DNA of 54,526 nucleotides from Promethearchaeota archaeon (GTDB lineage Archaea; Asgardarchaeota; Hermodarchaeia; Hermodarchaeales; Hermodarchaeaceae): NCBI GenBank assembly GCA_048939625.1, contig JBHLPH010000014.1, positions 1 to 54,526 of the forward strand, read 5' to 3'. Shown piece by piece: positions 48,519 to 54,526 of this stretch (position 1 is its first letter; each line of letters starts with the position of its first letter). The notes under the pieces were generated by a model. It saw only the letters and a program-made list of their open reading frames with translations, ran no database searches and was not told where the DNA came from. The position numbers and the translations under genes were made by a program.

Positions 48519-50252
48519 TTAGAGACGCGGTGAAGGTAATGTATCCTTAGTCCAGATCCATCTATTTGTTTCAAATTGAAAATTTGCTGAATCGACGACC
48601 GGTGGGACAGTCCATCCATAAGCTTTCCATGCAGGCTTCATTGATAAGACCGCAGGAATTTCGATTGATGTAAAGATTCCTTTCAGAGCTGTTGATATTG
48701 AAACAGCAATAGCTGAAGGTACAAGGAGGGTAATAACACCAGTTCCGTTATCTAGTAAAATGCATGAAACATGTGGAAACAATTGGCAAGCGGAAATAAT
48801 TCGTTTTGTTTCTTCTGTTGAAGACACAAGATGAATGTAAATTACTGAATTTAACCCAATATTTAGTAACCCGATTCCTAGCGGCGGACTAATTAATTGA
48901 TTCTTTTCTAAAAACTTCACCCGCCGTCGATAAGCCATATGTTCTGATTCTTTGAAACCAGCTTCGCGCAACTCATGAGATTCAATGAATTTCATATGCC
49001 TTGTTATGAGAAATGCCTCTGTTGCCCGTTGCATATACACAAAATCTTGCTGCTTGATTTTGAAGGTTTTTTTAGAATGAGGCGGTGCTAATTTAAAAGA
49101 ATTAATCGGTGGTAGGTGAGTTGTTAAATCTTCAGAAATTAATCGAGAAAAACTATCGAGAAGGGCTTCGGTTTCTATTGACCAACCTCCTATTTGAGAG
49201 TCGTATAAGTCTAGGTTTCGAGCATGCATTCTTTCCGAAATGAACCCGAACTCAGGTTGGCTAAGATCAAAACTAGAGGAAACTTGTCTTAACCATTGGT
49301 GAAATCGGGTCATGCGTTCTACCGGAATGAGAAATGAGGCCAGTAGCTGATCATTAAATTCCTGCATAGCAAGTGAGTACCGGATTTTTGATATCATCCG
49401 CATTAATGAATCAATAATCTTCATTTTTGATGTGGTGAATTTGACTGTAATTGGTTGAAGCCCTAATTTAGGATAGTTTGTGAAGATAATAAATCGCAGT
49501 AGGTGTTTTTCTGCAAGGCGTTTGAAAACCTGACTGATTGTTGGTTGACGGAGCTTGAGTTTTGCTGCTAACTCAATTTGTGAACATGATAAGCAGTCGT
49601 TCAGACCCCGAAGAACTTTGAGTTCAATTGGACGAAGAATTCTATGATAATTAAACATCCATCGCTCTAGACTCTCAGTGTAACTTTCTGTGCTCAAAGG
49701 CATCCTTAATTCATTGAATGGTTTTAACCAATCTTTTGCCATTTTAAGAAAATTACCATCAACAAGATTGTCAAAATACTCGAATCCTGCAGTGGGATAA
49801 TAACGATAAAAAGTGAAATATTTGGGAGGAGACACTGCTTGCCAGATTTGTAGGAATTGGTTTCGACGTTTTCTCGTCCTAAGAGCATAACGATAGTAGT
49901 AATAGAGTCCAAGATCAGCAGCTTCGGTAACTTGACGAATATTATGTGGGAGATGAAGGAGATAGGCTTCACGCCAAAGAATGGGGTCAAGGTATTTTGA
50001 GTATTGAGTAAGGATAGTTTGAGAAAGCTCTAGGTTGTACTGACTCATATCATCTAAATATTCTGTTGCTCCGAATCTTGGCCCTGTAAATTTAAGGGGA
50101 ACATCTACGAAATTAATTGTGGAATAACGGTCGAGGACTGGGGACCCAAGATTCGTCTCGGTGGTTATCAGGATTTTTCTAAACGCAGCGATGGCTTCCG
50201 CTGTGTATTCATTAAGCGAATTTATCTGGTTTGCTGGTTGTTTTGGGGTCAT
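48519..50252 (-). CDS. large winged-helix protein, paralog 2
   Basis: PRFGA, LWREA, EAADLGLY, VSPP and LERWM; HTH SQIELAAKLKLRQPTISQVFKRL; NYPKLGL; HMAYRRR. Start codon uncertain (50252 or 50285). Confidence 0.75.
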   Translation of the reverse strand: MTPKQPANQINSLNEYTAEAIAAFRKILITTETNLGSPVLDRYSTINFVDVPLKFTGPRFGATEYLDDMSQYNLELSQTILTQYSKYLDPILWREAYLLHLPHNIRQVTEAADLGLYYYYRYALRTRKRRNQFLQIWQAVSPPKYFTFYRYYPTAGFEYFDNLVDGNFLKMAKDWLKPFNELRMPLSTESYTESLERWMFNYHRILRPIELKVLRGLNDCLSCSQIELAAKLKLRQPTISQVFKRLAEKHLLRFIIFTNYPKLGLQPITVKFTTSKMKIIDSLMRMISKIRYSLAMQEFNDQLLASFLIPVERMTRFHQWLRQVSSSFDLSQPEFGFISERMHARNLDLYDSQIGGWSIETEALLDSFSRLISEDLTTHLPPINSFKLAPPHSKKTFKIKQQDFVYMQRATEAFLITRHMKFIESHELREAGFKESEHMAYRRRVKFLEKNQLISPPLGIGLLNIGLNSVIYIHLVSSTEETKRIISACQLFPHVSCILLDNGTGVITLLVPSAIAVSISTALKGIFTSIEIPAVLSMKPAWKAYGWTVPPVVDSANFQFETNRWIWTKDTLPSPRL

Positions 50253-50379
50253 AGATGAAAGTTTCCTGTTGTATTTCTCCAACAATCATTTCTATCAAAG
50301 GAGTTGTCTTTATAATATTCGACAATTTGTTCATAGCTTGTATGTGGAGTTTTTCTATAATTCCGTTTCTGGATTAGTG

Positions 50380-50548
50380 ACGCGACTGCTTGGTCGTGGT
50401 CCGGGTGGCTGAGCGGTGTGAAATTTGTAGGCTGTTTGGATGCTTCGTTGGTTACAGATTGCGCATCTCCCCTTGTGGGATCCGGCTGCTGATTGAGGGT
50501 CTGGAAGTGTGCGGGGGTATAGTCTGGCAGTCGGGCACAGCCACTGCG
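50380..50548 (+). ncRNA. candidate ~170-nt structured RNA
   Basis: GC-rich island with stems at 50405-50411/50538-50544, 50483-50494/50521-50533 and 50439-50443/50463-50467; TATA-like TTTCTATAA at ~50352-50360; T7 tract at 50551-50557. Confidence 0.4.
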
Positions 50549-50591
50549 TATTTTTTTGCATGGATCTAAATGGTCCTTGGAAAAAAGGGAG

Positions 50592-50669
50592 TGGTAGCGG
50601 GGAGTTGATTTGAACAACTGATCTCGGGGTTATGAGCCCCGCGGGATATCCTGGCTACCCCACCCCGCT
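50592..50669 (-). tRNA. initiator tRNA-Met(CAU), intronless
   Basis: AGCGGGG/CCCCGCT with A1:U72; CGGGG-CT-CAT-AA-CCCCG with consecutive G-C pairs; CCA encoded. Confidence 0.96.
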
Positions 50670-50871
50670 AGTGGGTTGTGTTAGAGATGAGTCGATGAGG
50701 TTGATTTAAGCTTTATGCCTTTGTTGTGGTGCTAGAGGTGAGGAGTCGTACTTCGATACTATAGTGCGAAATAGTTGTGGGGATTAAATATCCATCTCAG
50801 CGTACACTATCGGTGAAGAGTGTGTACCCACAACCTGGAGACGAACCGGGCCCGTTGTGATAGATGCTGTC

Positions 50872-51954
50872 TTATCGAACTATTGTTCGTTGGAGAAGGC
50901 GAATTAAGGCCCGAGGAACTTCTCTATAGGAATTAACTTTGATATGGCGACCACGTCCGAGTTGGGCAATTTGTTGGCAGGTTTCTTCGCCTTGTGGATG
51001 GGTACCGGGTGTTTGAAGGACGTGGAGATTGTGGAATTTTCGGGCTTGGGGTTCTGGTGGACCCCCACGGTTGGCTATGCCGTCGGTGATTAGGATTGCC
51101 CAGGATTCGAAGCGGTTAGCGCGTTGGTATTGGGTAAAAGCTTGTTTGAGTGCGTCATTGATATTGGTGTACCCGGCTGGTTCGGTGTCAAGGATGGTAT
51201 CGACGATGTGGTCAATTGTTGTGTATTGGTCCATTGCTTTTATGATGTTTGCAGCTGTGTTAAACACAATCAATGCATATTTGTCGTGTCGAAGATGATA
51301 GGCAGCTACAGCGGCGGCAGTAGCGGCTGTAAGGAGTTTCGGTCCAGCCATGGATCCAGAAGTGTCTAGAATGATGGTACCAACTTTTTTGCGAGCAATT
51401 CGTTCGATACCGATAATGTCTGAGTAGTTGATGAAGTTGGGTTCGAGTAGGGTTTCTTCCAATGTGGCTTCAAGGTCGAATTCGTCAAGCCCCGGATGGA
51501 ATGGGACCTGTTTGATATTTTCAGGTCGTAATCCCCGACCACTAATTCGGAGTGCTGAGTGAATGATAGTGGCTCGGGCGAGTTGGCGGAATGTTTGTTT
51601 GTATTGGCCACGGATTTGGTTGCGGAGTTGAAAGAAGAGAAGGGGTGCAGCGACGTTACCTTCTCGGGCGGATTTAGCAATAAGATGTACACCATCTTGT
51701 GTTGAGATTGCTTCACTAGTGGCTATTGGTTGAAGCTGGGCAAGAGCTTGGAGTGCAGGGATGTTCCCCAGTTCGATTGCGATTTCTGCCATTTGTTTGG
51801 CTGTTGGGTAATCGAAGCTTCGCCCTAATCGTAGAAAATATTGAAAGTCGCGTCCTTTTGTACGTATTTCGGATTCGAAGAGTTTCTCATCGGAAATCGA
51901 CCCTGAGAGTACTATGGGCACGTCATCGGAGGATGATTCCTCCTCGGTGATCAA
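50872..51954 (-). CDS. VWA domain protein (CoxE-like partner of MoxR)
   Basis: D.EATLE, MIDAS DTSGSM, GYTNI..AL and LITDG. Confidence 0.88.
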   Translation of the reverse strand: MITEEESSSDDVPIVLSGSISDEKLFESEIRTKGRDFQYFLRLGRSFDYPTAKQMAEIAIELGNIPALQALAQLQPIATSEAISTQDGVHLIAKSAREGNVAAPLLFFQLRNQIRGQYKQTFRQLARATIIHSALRISGRGLRPENIKQVPFHPGLDEFDLEATLEETLLEPNFINYSDIIGIERIARKKVGTIILDTSGSMAGPKLLTAATAAAVAAYHLRHDKYALIVFNTAANIIKAMDQYTTIDHIVDTILDTEPAGYTNINDALKQAFTQYQRANRFESWAILITDGIANRGGPPEPQARKFHNLHVLQTPGTHPQGEETCQQIAQLGRGRHIKVNSYREVPRALIRLLQRTIVR

Positions 51955-52799
51955 AAATTTGCCAGAACAGCCCTCACCAGTGTGCGAATCACATCGACTG
52001 GTGATTTTTGGGAAGTATCATGGAGTTCGATTTTAGGAACCAAGGACATGATAGCGGCTTGCTCCCAAATATGATTGCCTTCTCCGGGCAATTGAGCATA
52101 AAGGGCAGCAATGTCCAAGGCGCCTCGGACGCTTGCACCACGTCGGATATCAGTGTAATCACGAGTGGCGCGAGTTATGGCTACAGCGATGTTTACTGGC
52201 TCCTCATCGGCGATACCGGTATTAGTCTTGACAATTTCTCGTTCTTCGGCTTCACTGTGATAATCTAAGAAGAGCCACACATACCGATCACGCAGAGCTT
52301 CACCTAATGGAGTGACACCCACACTGGCTTCTGGATTTTGAGTGGCAATGATTCGGAAGCCATTTTTAGCGTTAATTGTACCGAGTTTGGGAACATGGAG
52401 ACGCCCTTCGTCCATAACGGGAAGGAGAGTGTTTTGTGTCGCTTCGGGCATCCGGTTGAGTTCATTAATGAATAGGACCCCGCCATTTTCCATGGTCTCA
52501 GTAAGGGGACCTGGGATGAAAGTGTCTCGCGTATAGCCGTCTTTGAGCACGACGGGTGGGTCAAACCAACCGACTAGTTTTGCTGAAGTATAGCGCTCAT
52601 CTCCATCCACCCTGAGAAAGGTTCGACCAAGAAAATCTGCAATAGCTGAGGCGATGGTGGTTTTTCCAACGCCTACGGGCCCTTCGATGAGTAGGTGTTT
52701 ATTCGCTGAATCTGCTGCTAGACATTGGGTAAGGATGTCCTTTCGTCCAATGATTTTGTACTTGCGTTGAAGTGTAATGACGTCCTTGGTTCTGGGCAT
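51951..52799 (-). CDS. MoxR-family AAA+ ATPase
   Basis: EGPVGVGKT, GPL..., LFINELNR, ATQNP and EALRDR. Confidence 0.9.
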   Translation of the reverse strand: MPRTKDVITLQRKYKIIGRKDILTQCLAADSANKHLLIEGPVGVGKTTIASAIADFLGRTFLRVDGDERYTSAKLVGWFDPPVVLKDGYTRDTFIPGPLTETMENGGVLFINELNRMPEATQNTLLPVMDEGRLHVPKLGTINAKNGFRIIATQNPEASVGVTPLGEALRDRYVWLFLDYHSEAEEREIVKTNTGIADEEPVNIAVAITRATRDYTDIRRGASVRGALDIAALYAQLPGEGNHIWEQAAIMSLVPKIELHDTSQKSPVDVIRTLVRAVLANF

Positions 52800-52922
52800 A
52801 GGTTCTCACCTTGTTGCGGTGAAGAGGATTCGTCACCAGTTGTAAAGGTTTTGGGTGTTGTTGAATATTATTGAAATAGAAAAGAATGTTTATTGGGTAC
52901 GAAAATCATAGTCTATTATTCT

Positions 52923-53019
52923 GCGGAGTTGGCGGAGCGGTAACGCGCTGGACTCGAGTTGCACCGGGTCATCCAGTGACCTCTTGGTCGCAAGGGTTCA
53001 AATCCCTTACTCCGCGCCA
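52923..53019 (+). tRNA. tRNA-Ser(CGA) with a 12-nt canonical intron
   Basis: GCGGAGT/ACTCCGC-G-CCA; CTGGA-CT-CGA-G[TTGCACCGGGTC]A-TCCAG; long variable arm. Confidence 0.93.
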
Positions 53020-53030
53020 CTTCGTTTCAC

Positions 53031-53987
53031 CTAGATTACCAAGTCTGCGATATCGATACTAGATTCAAAGATGCGTTCCAGATTATGAACCACTCGATCA
53101 TAAACCGGGAGCACCGTCATATCCTGTTTTGCAAGAAACTCGGTAATCTCAGTGACTAACGCATTTGTAGTCTCCTTCAGAGCAATTACATGTCTGGCTC
53201 GCGTATTATCTTGTTGTAAAACAGCAGAAATCGCTTCTCGATGCGCAGAGACTACTTGCTCACTTAATTTCCTAAGTATCTGAGAAAACTGACGAGGTGG
53301 AATAACATAATCTTTGGATTGTAATTGTTCAGCAATGCTTGCGCACCCATCAGCAATGGCTTCTACTTCTTTTGCCACCAACCGATAATCTAGCAAATTA
53401 AGAGGCGACAATAGGTGATCACCAATTGGAGAGGCGATAGCTTTCCGGAGTTGACGAACTACCAGAAAATAGAGACGATCAACCTCTCGGTCCCGATCTA
53501 TCACGTCCTGAGCCAGCTCTTGGTCATTACGGATGAAGGCGCGAATTGCGTCTTCATGCATTTTTGTTACAATACCATATGTTCGACGCAAATAGGTGAT
53601 GGCGTTAATACTCCGTGGGATAAGACATTGAAGAGTCATTTTTGATGCATCTTCTTCCATGATTTCTACGCCCACGAGAAATTCAGCCATCCGTTTGACC
53701 TCCCGTTTTAAGGCAGGGGTCATGGCATCGCCTAGATTAATCTCGATTACGTCATTTCCTGCCAAATACCCTGCAAGTATTTCGCGAGCCACGTTTGATG
53801 CTTCTAGAATCTCACTACGCTGACGCAAGGGATCCTCAGCGAGACCCGGGTCAATAATGAGCATGCCATCGGCGCGTTCATGAACTAGAATCATAGATCC
53901 TTTTTTCAAACCGTTATTATCGACCCAATGTTTTGGTACCGATAAGAGATATGATGCTCCAACTTGCTGTAATTTTCGCGCTTCCAT
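53031..53987 (-). CDS. AbrB-PhoU family phosphate uptake regulator
   Basis: EARKLQ.VG.SY..S.PK.W, D.EVDRLYFL..RQL and LERI....DIA. Confidence 0.9.
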   Translation of the reverse strand: MEARKLQQVGASYLLSVPKHWVDNNGLKKGSMILVHERADGMLIIDPGLAEDPLRQRSEILEASNVAREILAGYLAGNDVIEINLGDAMTPALKREVKRMAEFLVGVEIMEEDASKMTLQCLIPRSINAITYLRRTYGIVTKMHEDAIRAFIRNDQELAQDVIDRDREVDRLYFLVVRQLRKAIASPIGDHLLSPLNLLDYRLVAKEVEAIADGCASIAEQLQSKDYVIPPRQFSQILRKLSEQVVSAHREAISAVLQQDNTRARHVIALKETTNALVTEITEFLAKQDMTVLPVYDRVVHNLERIFESSIDIADLVI

Positions 53988-54098
53988 TTTTTTCACCGTT
54001 GCTATGACTGTATGTATTTATCTTCAGTGTTCTTTATGATATCATTCCGACGAACAGCCAGATAAAGGATAGGAACAACAGTAGCTAGGCGATAAGTC

Positions 54099-54526
54099 GT
54101 GTCAACAAACGACCCTAATGTCCAGAAAGCCATTTCGAAACTCATCAAAGCAGGTTTTCAAATTAGCCCTGACACTTTGAGTATGTTACAAACGGAGAAG
54201 AATCCCAATCAAGTTGTTGACCGCTTCTTAACCTCAAAGGCTGTTCACCCAACCGATACACCGATTTTAAGACCCTCACACTTCCATCCAACGGTACAAG
54301 AAAAAATTGAACCAACACGGGAGAACGGAATAATCAGTGAGGAACTACAGATACCAAAGCCCACCAGTGCAAAAAGAATCGCTGAAACAGTCAAATCCGA
54401 TCTCAAAATTATCAAGGACCCAACCCCCGAATTACAAGGCAAAGGGACTATTGAAGATTTTAGGAAAAACTTTCAGGACCGGTATTTCCGAATTCGAGAT
54501 ATCATCTCTCAACGGGTTGACGGGAA
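54099..54526 (+). CDS. polB: DNA polymerase D small subunit DP1, N-terminal part; runs off the window
   Basis: Open frame from GTG: ...LIKAGFQISPD...KIIKDPT....GKGTIEDF...FQDRY.RIR.II, a typical DP1 N-terminal pattern. Confidence 0.8.
   Translation, partial: MSTNDPNVQKAISKLIKAGFQISPDTLSMLQTEKNPNQVVDRFLTSKAVHPTDTPILRPSHFHPTVQEKIEPTRENGIISEELQIPKPTSAKRIAETVKSDLKIIKDPTPELQGKGTIEDFRKNFQDRYFRIRDIISQRVDG

Noticed and set aside
46059-50591. Integrated mobile element between tRNA-Ile and tRNA-iMet
   Set aside because: No integrase or transposase, and I saw no duplicated tRNA 3' end (att site). Treated as an accessory locus only.
50249-50617. 122-aa minus-strand ORF
   Set aside because: Starts inside tRNA-iMet and has no recognisable domain.
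50773-50835. TPP riboswitch (GGGTAC...GCTGAGA on the minus strand)
   Set aside because: The 3' half (ACCUGAU..., GCG.AGGGA) is missing and no thiamine gene is downstream.
1-54526. CRISPR array, rRNA genes, IS elements, and the remaining short overlapping ORFs in the track
   Set aside because: No regularly spaced repeats, rRNA-like sequence or transposase motifs were seen. The other short ORFs overlap well-supported genes in other frames or strands.

Overview
Core-genome window from an archaeon, most consistent with an Asgard/TACK-type lineage. That assignment is inferred from PolD, Hef, Elf1, a single large RPA, an A/V-type ATPase, aRF1 and Sec61beta. The window is densely coding and covers replication and repair (DP2 with a 541-aa LAGLIDADG intein, the DP1 N-terminus, RPA, Hef, Lhr, nucleases), a POR/VOR-type oxidoreductase operon, C1/folate genes (glyA, folP, cofE-like, gcvT), atpF/A/B, pyrH, aRF1, valS and a MoxR-VWA pair. 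There are eight tRNA genes, six with BHB-type introns, several at non-canonical D-loop or T-loop positions; tRNA-Pro(CGG) appears to carry four. Features missing from the ORF track: a box C/D sRNA whose D guide predicts Cm34 of tRNA-Leu(CAA), a 34-aa OST4-like membrane peptide, and two or three candidate structured ncRNAs. The most unusual locus lies between tRNA-Ile and tRNA-iMet. It holds two paralogous ~580-aa proteins (degenerate zincin-like N-domain, wHTH, Lrp/AsnC-like repeats), each followed by tiny ORFs sharing an N-terminal PPS motif. This is a candidate undescribed peptide/regulator system. All calls come from reading the sequence; no database searches were run.
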